From Diplonema japonicum (Eukaryota > Protista > Euglenozoa: Diplonemea): a DNA stretch of 64,000 nt. Location of the stretch: NCBI GenBank assembly GCA_964019335.1, contig OZ025728.1, positions 248,001-312,000 of the forward strand, read 5' to 3'. The notes beneath the pieces are model-generated. The model was not told the DNA's origin. It saw only the letters and a program-made list of their open reading frames with translations, and made no database searches. Positions within the stretch are counted from its first letter, which is position 1; the number at the start of each line of letters is the position of its first letter. Shown here piece by piece: positions 41,567 through 51,686 of this stretch. A program made the translations under genes and the position numbers.

Positions 41567-43321
41567 TCACTTCTTAAAAGCGCGGATGACATACAGCGCA
41601 CCGACGATCAAACCGGCGGTCAAACCTGCGGTTCTGAGCTCCTTGCCCAGGTTGAAGGCCTGCTGCTGTTCGTGCAGCGAGTCAACAGTCTTCTGAAGGT
41701 TGCCAACAAGCTCACGAAGCTCAGACGTGTTGGGAGCAGGAGCATCAGTTCCGGCCTTGTGCTGAGGCGCACTATCAAGTGCTGAAATACCAGGGAGGTT
41801 CTTTCCCTCAAGAAGCTCAAGAGACGCGCCACCACCAGTCGAAACGTGTGAAATGGCACCCGCGTACCCGCTCATCTCAGCCGCAGAGGCAGAGTCACCA
41901 CCACCGATGATCGTCATCCCATTACACTCAGCAAGCGCCTTGGCAACGTCAAAGGTACCCTGCGCGTAGGTTGGGATCTCGAACACACCCATGGGGCCGT
42001 TCCAAACAACGGTGGCGCAGCTGGAGATGTTTTTAACGTACCTGGCTCTTGTCTTGGGTCCGATGTCGAGTGCCATGTGGTCGCTGGGGATGTCCGCGCT
42101 CTCTGTGATAAGAGGCGAGTCGGTCCCCTTGAACTCGGTGTTGCAGACGTGGTCCTCGGGAAGGAAGAGTTCTACACCGCACTCGTCGGCTTTCTTGACG
42201 AGGTCCAGCGCCATGTCGATGATTGTGTCGCGTTCCTCGCCGTACTTGTCTGTGAAGGACTGTCCCTTCTCGCAGTACGACTTACCGATGGAATGCCCCT
42301 TCGCCTTGAGGAACACGTACGCCATGGCACCGCCGATGAACAGTTTGTTAACCTTTGTGACAAGGTTCTCCAAAACCTTGATCTTGTCAGACACCTTCGA
42401 CCCCCCGACGATGGCGCACATGGGTCTTGACGGGTTTGTCAATGCTCTGGCGAAGCTGTCGATTTCCTTCTTCATAAGGTAACCTGCAACACCATGGCCA
42501 AGAACTTTTGGAATCCCGGTCATGGAAGCGGAGTCGCGGTGAGCCGTTCCAAAGGCATCGCACACGTAGTAGTCCCCGTAGCTTGCAAGGACAGTGGCCA
42601 TCTTGAGCCTGTCGTCTTCCTTCTTGCTGTTCTCCTCTTTGTAGAACCTGACGTTTTCAAGGAGAAGAACGTCGCCGTTCTGCAGAGCGTCTACTGCCGG
42701 CGCGGCGTTGAGGCAGTCCGGTGCGAACCCAACCTTCTTCCCGAGAAGTTCACCAAGACGCTCGGCGACGGGTTCCAGAGTGTTCTCCTCCTCGTACCCG
42801 TTGTACTTCCTGAGGTTCGTGAAGTCGTCGGTCTCCTTCTTGTTCTTTGCAGTCCACTGGTTGAGAAGGTCTGTTTTGGTCGCTTCAGGAAGCCCTGCGA
42901 AGAAGTGGGTCTTACCGTTGCCCACCTCTTTGGGAGGGGATTTCTTCCAGGTTTTTGGCATCTCGGACTTGTCCTTGAGCTGCTCGAGGATCCACACCTT
43001 CTCCTCAGACGGGAGAACAGCGAAGAAAACGGTCTTACCCCTGCCCCTTTCTGAGACCCAGGTTCTCATCAAGGCGTCGTGCTGCGCTTGGTTAGCATCG
43101 TCCCTCATCGGTGCTCCGGTGGGCCTGCCGAGGTGGCTCATGACCACGCAGATGCCACCCTGGTCGACAATCTTCCTGATGGTCGGGAGGGCAGACCGAA
43201 TTCTGTAATCGTTCTGAATCACCCCGCCCTTGATAGGCACGTTGAAGTCAACCCTCACGAGAACACGCTTTCCCTTGATGGGCCACAGGGCCTCAAGACC
43301 TTTCTTGGGTTGAAGGGACAT
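41567..43321 (-). CDS. PGK: Phosphoglycerate kinase with PGK-A-like insertion and C-terminal membrane anchor
   Basis: RVDFNVP, SHLGRP, LLENVRF, DAFGTAHR, VWNGPMGVFE, IIGGGDS, HVSTGGGASLELLEGK. Confidence 0.97.
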   Translation of the reverse strand: MSLQPKKGLEALWPIKGKRVLVRVDFNVPIKGGVIQNDYRIRSALPTIRKIVDQGGICVVMSHLGRPTGAPMRDDANQAQHDALMRTWVSERGRGKTVFFAVLPSEEKVWILEQLKDKSEMPKTWKKSPPKEVGNGKTHFFAGLPEATKTDLLNQWTAKNKKETDDFTNLRKYNGYEEENTLEPVAERLGELLGKKVGFAPDCLNAAPAVDALQNGDVLLLENVRFYKEENSKKEDDRLKMATVLASYGDYYVCDAFGTAHRDSASMTGIPKVLGHGVAGYLMKKEIDSFARALTNPSRPMCAIVGGSKVSDKIKVLENLVTKVNKLFIGGAMAYVFLKAKGHSIGKSYCEKGQSFTDKYGEERDTIIDMALDLVKKADECGVELFLPEDHVCNTEFKGTDSPLITESADIPSDHMALDIGPKTRARYVKNISSCATVVWNGPMGVFEIPTYAQGTFDVAKALAECNGMTIIGGGDSASAAEMSGYAGAISHVSTGGGASLELLEGKNLPGISALDSAPQHKAGTDAPAPNTSELRELVGNLQKTVDSLHEQQQAFNLGKELRTAGLTAGLIVGALYVIRAFKK

Positions 43322-43488
43322 CTTTTTTTTTTTTTTTTCTTGCTTCGATGCTTTTTTTTTGTTTTTGTTTTTGAAAGGGGGGGCAAAAGATTATTTGATG
43401 ACGCCAAACAAAAAAAAGGGGGGGAAGGGGGGGGGGAACGTATATAAAAAAAAAGGAAATAAAACACTTTTTAACACTATTCCCTCTC

Positions 43489-44013
43489 TTAAAGCGAACG
43501 CATTGTTGGTTGAAGATCTTGGTACCCGTAAACATTCTGCGTGGGGAGAGTTTTTTTTTTTCTTTTTTTTTTTTTCTTTTTTTTTTTTTCCATACCGGGT
43601 TTTCTTCGATGGGGTGCTGCCACGTTTCGTTTTTAGTGGGGCTGTGGTCGTAGCGGCCCTTCCCGCTGTTCAGCTGCCAAGAGTCAAATCGCCTTCTCTG
43701 GACCTCGATGCCGGTGGGAGAAGGAATGTCAACGCTTGCCTCCTGCCAAGCCTGAATAGCCGTAGGGAAATGTATGACGTCATCAACAGTAGGAGTGTGA
43801 CGCCTGGGAACGTGAGTTGTTTTGAAAGCGGCAGCGTGGGAAGCATGGAGCGTGTGGGCACCATTGATGGCTTCCTTGCAGATCTCAGCAATGTGGTGTG
43901 GACGCAGCGAGATAGCCTCAGGAATGGCGGTGGATATCCCTGTTTGTTTTGCCAACCTCTTGACGTCAGACACGACATGCTCACCCTCGAAACCTTGCGG
44001 AAGCTTCACAGTC

Positions 44014-44045
<32 letters not shown>

Positions 44046-45082
44046 CTTTCGCATACCACTCTCCCCATTGTTATTTCCCACCGCTTTTCGTTAAAATCCA
44101 CCGCGGCAACCACCTCCGGATCCGTCCCTTCGACCTCCACCATCAACCTGTTCTCTGCATTAACAAACACCTTTACAGATGTACGAACAGGTAACTCTGT
44201 TGCGGGGTCTGGGAGCGTCGTTTTAAAGCAGCACTCCGACTCCTCCAACCCAGAGGACGTAAGCGGGACGCGAATTCTAGGAAGCCCCGAGGCTAGACTG
44301 AGGTCCGACACCAGCCCGGACCCTTCGTACCGCAGCTTTGCCAGACGGGTGGAGTGGTTGGTGTACAAGTTTGCGAACTTGAGATCTAAGTGGTTTGCAA
44401 GAGGATTGGAACCGGTGTCTGGATTTTTTTTAAAAAAAAAAAAGAAAAAAGTTTTTTATACCAAAACCGTCAGGGCCCCATTCCAACTCAGTGTCGTGGC
44501 TCCACCACTGGTCGTTCTTGCCGTTTGAAAGGATGTCGGACTTGACGGCGTCCCATTCACGGTTGGTGGCGGCGGGGTGTGATGCCTCCCAGGCTTTTTT
44601 CTTGCCTGCGTCGTGGCGGGTGATGAACCTCTTCACAGGGTCGGCGAGAAGCTCTTCGCGGTGATGGTCCGCTTTCATGCTGTCGAGGAGAACACTGACA
44701 TGGACAACAGGTGTGTGCGTTGTGCCGTGTGCAGTGTGCACGATGATGTCACTCCCGATTCGTGTTTCCCGTTGAAGGTCGAACTCTATCCCGCTCTCTG
44801 CCTTCACGAAGTCGATGGCGTCCTGGACCTCCTTGGCGGGGAGGAGATTGCGCTCGCTGCCGAGCAGAGCCGGCCGTCCTTGTCTGCCGTTCTTCACGAA
44901 CTCGTCGAGCTTTGTAGACAGGTTGTCGAGGATCTTGAACTCTTCGCTCGCCTCGCTCCCTACCCTCTCGTTCTTCACAATACCCGCCACCTCAACCCTG
45001 TACACAGCACTGGGGTCAAGCTTGACACCATCACGCGTGAATGGAAGACGAACCCGGTGTGACCCCGTGTTGGAACAGGTCT

Positions 45083-45116
<34 letters not shown>

Positions 45117-47813
45117 TTTATACCCCTGTCAGATCCTCGTTTAGGTCGAATTGTAGATCCCACAGCTCACCGGCCTTTTCGGCTTCGGTTTCCGTCTGTT
45201 ATTTTTTTTTGGTTTTTTTTTTTTTTTTTTTTTTTGATTTACCAAATGTGTATCCCCGTCGATGAGCTTTTGCAATTCACCGTTTGTAATGGCTTGGAGC
45301 AGCTCGGTCTCGACCCTCGCCACCCCGGAGTTGTGCTGTATCGATTCGACAAAGGAGTTGACCGCCCAGTCGCGTGCCTTGTCGATGATAATGCTGAGCC
45401 TCCTAGTCTCGGAAGACTCAGACGCCTCGCCGGCACTTTTTTGGAAGTCCCGGATCAACTCCCGCTTCTTCTGCAGGTTCTCAAGCTTCGACGTGTTCTT
45501 CTTGTACAACCCCACGTGCACCTTGTACCGGTGCTCGATTTGCACGTCGGCCCTCATTTTTTCCTCGTCTTGCTCTCTCTTCCACTTGTGGTACATTTTC
45601 GTGAACGCCCATTCATGGCGTTCCGTATCAGGAGTGGACACTGCAGCATCGTAAGAGTCGACCTTGGCCATGACCTCCTGGATCATTGACTCGGTGGACC
45701 ATCCATCAGCGGTGCTTTTTCGATTGTTCACGATTTGTGTGAAGGTGTGTTCTTTTTGTTCCTTCGATGCGAGCTTTACCTCGTAGCCCGGTTCCGGTAT
45801 CCACTTCCATGTGACCTGCTTCGTGCTCCCACAGACCCAGGGTTTGTCGGAGATGTTCGTGACAGCTACGTTTTCAACCTTTGCAGGGGATTCTTCTTCG
45901 GAGATTTTCAGCGTGATTTTACGGCGGAGGTGGCCTATACAGTGGTGAACGTCTTGCGCGGCCCATTTGACCATCGCAAGGGATTTCTGCTGTGTTCGAA
46001 GGTAGGGCTGGAAGCTTTTCAGAGTTGTCAGGTACGCCACAGCTTGCGTGTCCCGTCTCACGGCCTCCCTCGCCGAAGAAGCCGACTCTGTTGTCGTCCA
46101 GTCGCGATTGGCTGTTTTCGTGAAGAGCTCTGCTATGATAGAGTTTCTGTCATACACAGACAGATCACCAGGAGGCACGCTTGGGACCGACAGTTCACCG
46201 GTTTCAAGGTATTTCCCCGCCGCGGTTGAGCTCATGAGAAATGCTCTGGACATCTGGCTGTTGTAGTTCTGAATGTTGCTCCCGTTGCACACCATCCTGA
46301 GAAACTGGAAAAACGCCAAGCCCGGTTTTTCAGGGTCCGGTTTTGCGAACAAGGACAATCTTGCGAGAGCGTGCGCGGAGTGATCCTGAGAAAGCGATTT
46401 GAAAACCGACCGGAATGTCATGTTTTTGAACCTGGCGGCGAGCATTGCGAAGGGTTGTACTGGGCCTCTGTCGTTTGTCTCGTGGATCTTCATGGGGAAC
46501 GTAAATTGTGAGAGGAATTCCCATCTCAGCCACTCTCCTGCTGTGATCTTCCCCGAGATCTGCTCGTCGAGGATGGTTTGAATCGCGTCCTTGTCCTCGT
46601 CGTCCCATTCCGGGAATGGTTCGCCTGTCTTGGCCCAGTCTTTGAACGGGCTCAAAACCAGTTTTTCCGCAACGGATATCCAATCTTCTGATGTAGCGAG
46701 GTACGATGGTGGTGCTTCGCCTGTATTCAGCATCTTCTCGTACTTCCTTTCAAGGACTTCGCCGAGCTTTACGATGCTTTCCGCCGCGTTTTGTATCGTG
46801 GTTTTCAGTTCATCGTTGGTGAGCTCCAGCTTATTGTCCAAGAAAACCGAGAACTCTGTTTTCGACTCGGAAAGCTCGGAGAACGCTTTCCAAAACCCGA
46901 AACCGGCGTTTGATTTGTACCCCTCCACCAATTTCGTGAAGGATTCCTCGCCGATCTCGTCGTCGTCAGCTATACAGTGGTTCCATTCTGATGAAAACAC
47001 ATCGATCGACGCTTCCAGACGCGCCACCGCAGCGAGTTGTTGAAACACATCATCGACAAGAGCCCCGCTTGAAAGCGTTTCGGAAAAGTCGGCTAACCAT
47101 TCTGCCGATCGTCTGTATGTCATGAGCCCTGATCCGGAACCAGCGTTGGCCATGATTCCCGAGGAGAGGTTTTTGGTGATTTCAATGAAATCTAAACCGG
47201 TTGCGGGGATGTTCGATACTTTTGACAGGGCGGTGTATCGTGTTTGCAATTCTGCGAAGGTTACAGGGCTGATCAGCTGCTTAAACGATGTTGCGATGGG
47301 ACGGTACGCTGGTGTGAGCTCCCACGCGGCATTGATGGGATCGGGAGAGGACAGGACACCATGTGGGTCAACACACCCAACGTCGGAAGAAGTGTCCAGT
47401 TCGACTGGCGTCACGTTCCTTCTGAGAAAATATTCCACAGTCTGCGCGCCGGACCATGTTCGTTTGTACCGTCCTTTTCCGTCTTGGTTGGTTTCCTCCC
47501 ATGTAGGGAGGTCTCTTTCAACAGAAGACGCTCGTCGTGAATTTCTTTCAAGAGTTTTTCTGTGGTTCATGAGTTTTATTCTTTGTATCCGTTCCTCCTC
47601 TCGGGTCATCTCCGCCGTGTTGGTCTCATCTAGCTTAGCTGGCCGAAGCTGTTTGTTGTCCTTATGCTGTGTGTAGTCCGGCAAACCATAATACATCATG
47701 GAGTTCGAAAAGGGCTGCATGGTGTCGACATCCGGCTTGGGGTAGAGGTTCAGGTACCATCTCCGCTGGGGTTTGAGCCCGGCTGCTTTCTCAGCAAGGC
47801 CTCGCCGGTGCAT
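43489..47813 (-). CDS. 1362-aa hypothetical protein, six exons (45243-47813, 45124-45195, 44462-45080, 44057-44418, 43596-44012, 43489-43536)
   Basis: Five GT-AG introns join four listed ORFs in a single frame. The Arg-rich N-terminus could be a mitochondrial presequence (inference). Confidence 0.8.
43537..43595 (-). other. 59-nt GT-AG intron (poly-A)
   Basis: GTATGG-A-rich-CTCTCCCCACGCAG; gives a clean C-terminus NVYGYQDLQPTMRSL*. Confidence 0.7.
44013..44056 (-). other. 44-nt GT-AG intron (poly-A)
   Basis: GTATGCGAAAG-A(n)-TAG; joins MGRV|TVKLPQG. Confidence 0.85.
44419..44461 (-). other. 43-nt GT-AG intron (T then A tracts)
   Basis: GTATAAAAAAC-T-rich-A8-TCCAG; phase 1, joins PDGF-D-TGSNP. 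Confidence 0.85.
45081..45123 (-). other. 43-nt GT-AG intron (poly-A)
   Basis: GTATAAAC-A32-CAG; joins DLTG|TCSNTG. Confidence 0.85.
45196..45242 (-). other. 47-nt GT-AG intron (poly-A)
   Basis: GTAAATC-A(n)-CC-A9-TAACAG; joins DTHL|TETEAE. Confidence 0.85.
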
Positions 47814-48095
47814 CTTATTTCTTTATATTTAGAGATTAAAACAGAACAGGTAGAATGGAAAAAAAAAAGTAAAGGCGCGACCACGTAGTAAAAGAAGGGG
47901 GGGGGGGGGGGCTTCATTTTCAAACAAAAAGTGTTTTGCGATGCATTCTCTTTGTGTAAGAAATGCCTATAAAAAGTCTCTTGGAAAAAAAGGGGGGTGG
48001 TGGTGGGAAACGTTAGCCTTGCTCCGTCTGGTGGTGTGGCTTCGATTTGTTTTTAACTAGCACTTTGATACAGATTTGAGGCGGGGGGGGTTTCC

Positions 48096-48108
48096 CACAC
48101 ACACACAA

Positions 48109-48170
<62 letters not shown>
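48096..48170. repeat. (CA)n microsatellite
   Basis: Direct reading. Confidence 0.98.
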
Positions 48171-48173
<3 letters not shown>

Positions 48174-48428
48174 CTGCAGTGTGCGAAAGAATGAGGAGAA
48201 ATGCTATATAGTTTTATTTATTTTCCCCCTCGTTCTGTGCTCCGTTCGTTCTTTTCTCTGGTTTACTTTTTTTTTTTTTTTTTTTTTTCTTCATAAATAC
48301 GGAAAGGGGGTTTAATAGGAGAAAACAAAAAACAAAAAAACAAAGGCTGTGAAACAAAGGGGTTATTTATTTATTTTTTTTTTTTTTTTTTTTTTGGGTC
48401 TGCCTTTTTTTTTATGAAGCGAAAAAAA

Positions 48429-48463
<35 letters not shown>

Positions 48464-48566
48464 ATCTAGCTGGTGGTGATGATTTTTTTTTTCTTCAAAT
48501 TTCTTTTTTTTTTTTTTTTGCTCGTTTAGAGGGGGCAGGGTTGGCAAGAAAAGAGAAATTTTTTTT

Positions 48567-50090
48567 TCACAATTTTGCCTGGACCTTCCGTGGTCTCCGC
48601 CACTTTCTAGCAAGCTGATACATCCCCCCGCCTAGAATCTGCCGTTCCGCCTCGGCTTCCAGCTTGTGCGACATGTCAGCGGCACGGTTCCGTCCTTTCT
48701 TCTGGTTTAGAATCGTTCTGTCAAACGCACCGCCTGCTTTGTTTGCAGCCTCGGCGTTGGCACGCACGAGCCAAAGCAAGGGTGAGAAGGGGTTTTCACG
48801 CGATCTCGCCTGTGCAAGGTGCAAAGCCTCAGATGACCCAGACCTGACCAGAGTGTCGAACAACGTAAACGTAAACGTATCCCGCTGGGCAGACGATCCC
48901 CCGATTTTAAAAATCTTCGCCGTCCTTAACTGTTCCGCAGCGGTTGCGAAATCCCCCTCCGCATGGGATTGAAGACCTTTACATATCGGTAGCGCAGCGA
49001 CTTTACAAATCTCGCCGAAATCCGTACCTGCCTCCACCGCGTGCTCCATTGACACCATCACTGTCCTCCGGAGATCGTCATCACCAGCTAAGACCGCACC
49101 AGCAAAAACATGGCAAGCTGTAAACGCCCAGACCTTCGCTTCGTCATGCCCGCCGATTCTCGCCCCGCTGCATAGTATTTTCGCGCGAGGACAGAGTTCA
49201 GACAGCCTTGACGGGTCCATCAGATACACCCTCCATAGTAGGCCGACGGAATCTGACAAAGTGAACGCTGTTGTGGGTGGTGAGGCTGGTTCAATCCCTC
49301 CAAGGTGTCTGTCATAGACAAACATTGCGCGGTTTGGCTTGCTCACGTCCAGATGATTGATTCCGCTGTGCCACCATAAATGCTCGGCTAGTAGTTCGGA
49401 GCGTTGCCAGATCTCCGCCGTGGCGTTGAGATATTGCAAGCCGAGCGCGGGTTTTCCTTCTGCTGTGTATGAATGAACCACAGCGTGAATCGCCCAGGAG
49501 TCCTTCGCACCGCCTTGAAGCGATTTTCTCGCAGCGTTTCTGCATTCTTTTAAGTACCCGCATTCTTGAAGCCCGAAGGCGAGCATTCCTAAAACGTAAG
49601 AGTGCTCTATAACGAATTTTGTGTTCCTCCAGTGGGGCTCGACATATTGAAGAATAGAGAGGTAGGCTTCGGGCTGTCCAAGGATTATCCTTGCGTCACA
49701 TAAAATTCTTAAGGCGAGAAAGTCTAACGGGAATTTTTTGATGGTGAGCTCTGCTTTTGTGATGGCGCTGACCAGGTCGCCCTTGGCCCAGGATCGAACA
49801 CAGCTTAGAAGGCCTTCTTCCCGTTCTGTGTTTGTTCCGTGGATTCTGTACCGTGATATGAGCTCGTCTATCACTGTGATCGATTTCGGTAGTACCTCAG
49901 CGTTTCCTCCCGACAGCCCTAGGAGTACTGCCATGAGCTCTGCTTCAATACTTTTCCGTTTTGTCAAAGCGGGTTTCAGGTACTTCTCGGGGCTAGTGTA
50001 GCTTGCTATGCATGTTAGAGATTTTGCAACCAGCTTGTTGCACTCTTCGTCCCGACATTTTGTGTCGAGCGTCTCTAAGAAGGGCGGCAT
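48567..50090 (-). CDS. TTC38: Tetratricopeptide repeat protein 38-like, with PTS1 (-AKL)
   Basis: GMLAFGLQECG, DSWAIHAVVH, HLWWH, IGGSSAQRD; ends QAKL*. Confidence 0.85.
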   Translation of the reverse strand: MPPFLETLDTKCRDEECNKLVAKSLTCIASYTSPEKYLKPALTKRKSIEAELMAVLLGLSGGNAEVLPKSITVIDELISRYRIHGTNTEREEGLLSCVRSWAKGDLVSAITKAELTIKKFPLDFLALRILCDARIILGQPEAYLSILQYVEPHWRNTKFVIEHSYVLGMLAFGLQECGYLKECRNAARKSLQGGAKDSWAIHAVVHSYTAEGKPALGLQYLNATAEIWQRSELLAEHLWWHSGINHLDVSKPNRAMFVYDRHLGGIEPASPPTTAFTLSDSVGLLWRVYLMDPSRLSELCPRAKILCSGARIGGHDEAKVWAFTACHVFAGAVLAGDDDLRRTVMVSMEHAVEAGTDFGEICKVAALPICKGLQSHAEGDFATAAEQLRTAKIFKIGGSSAQRDTFTFTLFDTLVRSGSSEALHLAQARSRENPFSPLLWLVRANAEAANKAGGAFDRTILNQKKGRNRAADMSHKLEAEAERQILGGGMYQLARKWRRPRKVQAKL

Positions 50091-50205
50091 TCTTTTTTTT
50101 TTTTTTTTTCTCTTTTTTTTTCCCCCCCCACTCTCACCCCGCCGCCGCTGCCGCCTATAGAATTTAGAGAATTTAAAAAAAAAAAAAAAATAATAATAAT
50201 AAAGA

Positions 50206-50778
50206 CTATACATATCTAAGTTGTAAACTGTCAATTTCGTTGTTTATCGCCTGCATTTTGTTATAGATGGTGGTGTTCCGGGCAGAGATGTTTTGGTTCA
50301 TAGCATAGACATGGCGGGCTGCCTCGACGGTGCGGGGTTGGGAAGAGATCTCCACGGGATCTTGTATTTGCGATTGTAGAGACCGGAGTTGTGATTCATA
50401 TCGTGCCAGGGTGGCAGCGCGAGAGGCTCGAAGTGATGGGGACATTGGGGACGATTGGTTTGGTGGTGAGTGAGGTTTTGTCAAGCGTTCCAGCATTGCT
50501 TTTATGTCGTTTAGTTCGCCTGCTTCTGCAAGCTTTGCTTCGCACAGGTTTTTCACTAGTTTTCTGTTGCCTTCGCTCGTTTCCTCGAGCGTGTCGATTT
50601 TGCGGCTCAACGCCTCCCTCTCCACACTCAATTCTCTTATTTCCTCCAGAAGATCCCATGTGTCTTCCTCTTCACAAGCTTCGGGGGCGATTTCACGCTT
50701 GTCCTGCTCGGTAATGTCCAACCGTCTTAGGCACTGCCTGACAATTTGGTCGTTTTCCGCTGAGTCGGGTGCTGTCAT
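50206..50778 (-). CDS. Hypothetical coiled-coil protein (190 aa)
   Basis: Heptad-rich ORF with A-rich leader. Confidence 0.7.
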   Translation of the reverse strand: MTAPDSAENDQIVRQCLRRLDITEQDKREIAPEACEEEDTWDLLEEIRELSVEREALSRKIDTLEETSEGNRKLVKNLCEAKLAEAGELNDIKAMLERLTKPHSPPNQSSPMSPSLRASRAATLARYESQLRSLQSQIQDPVEISSQPRTVEAARHVYAMNQNISARNTTIYNKMQAINNEIDSLQLRYV

Positions 50779-50965
50779 TTTTTTTGTTTTTGTTTTGTTG
50801 TTCTCCTCCTTTTTTTTTTTTTTTTATTTGAACGGGGTGGGGTAGTAGAGACAAAAAAAAAATATATATATATAACTTTATATAATTGTGGAACCGGTTT
50901 GGTGGGGTTAAAAAAAAAAAAAAAAAAGACGATGAGGGAAGAAAAAAAAAATATCCGATGGACAC

Positions 50966-51000
<35 letters not shown>

Positions 51001-51059
51001 CCGGCCACCACCCTAAAAACTTTTTTTTGTTGACACTCTTTTTTTTCCTTCCAATTCTT

Positions 51060-51653
51060 TTACCAATTGTTGATTCCATCATCGAAGTCGTCAATCCACC
51101 TGCCCACTGGGTCGCCCATTGCTTTTTCTAAGATTTCACTGATACCGGGCTTCATGGGGTCTGACGGGGGGGAGGGAGGAGGGCTGCTCGGGGGTCTGGG
51201 GGCTTCGTCAGCCGACTCTTCTTCGTACCTCCGCGCTGGCGCCCTCGGTTCCCAGGAGTCACTATTGTGATTGCGTTGCCCTTTGTAACCACCCTTCTTG
51301 CCGCCCTTTCCACCTTTTTTGCCCCACGATTGCCCCTTAGCGCTGCTATGGCGTTCGGCTGTGGTGGGATTTTTTTTTTTTTTTTTTCTTTTACCCCTCC
51401 TGCCATACTGTGTCTCTTGCTTCTTTGCGCAATGCGGTGCATCTCACGCTTTATGTATTCATTCTCCTTTTTTTTTTTTTTTTTTTTTTTCCCTTTAAAA
51501 AACATAGCCATACATCATTAATCCTATTTATCTTGAAAAACAGCCCTTTAGAAGTATAAGCAAGCTGCCCAGCTTCTTTTGTACTCGATTTCAATTTGGA
51601 AGAAATATCTTGTTTCGCTTTTTTGAACTCCTCTGTGTCCGTTTTGGCTTGTT

Positions 51654-51686
<33 letters not shown>

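Noticed and set aside
43293-45242. Programmed frameshifting on A runs, or separate small genes, to explain the broken ORFs
   Set aside because: Every break is bounded by GT...AG whose removal restores the frame, so introns are the simpler explanation.
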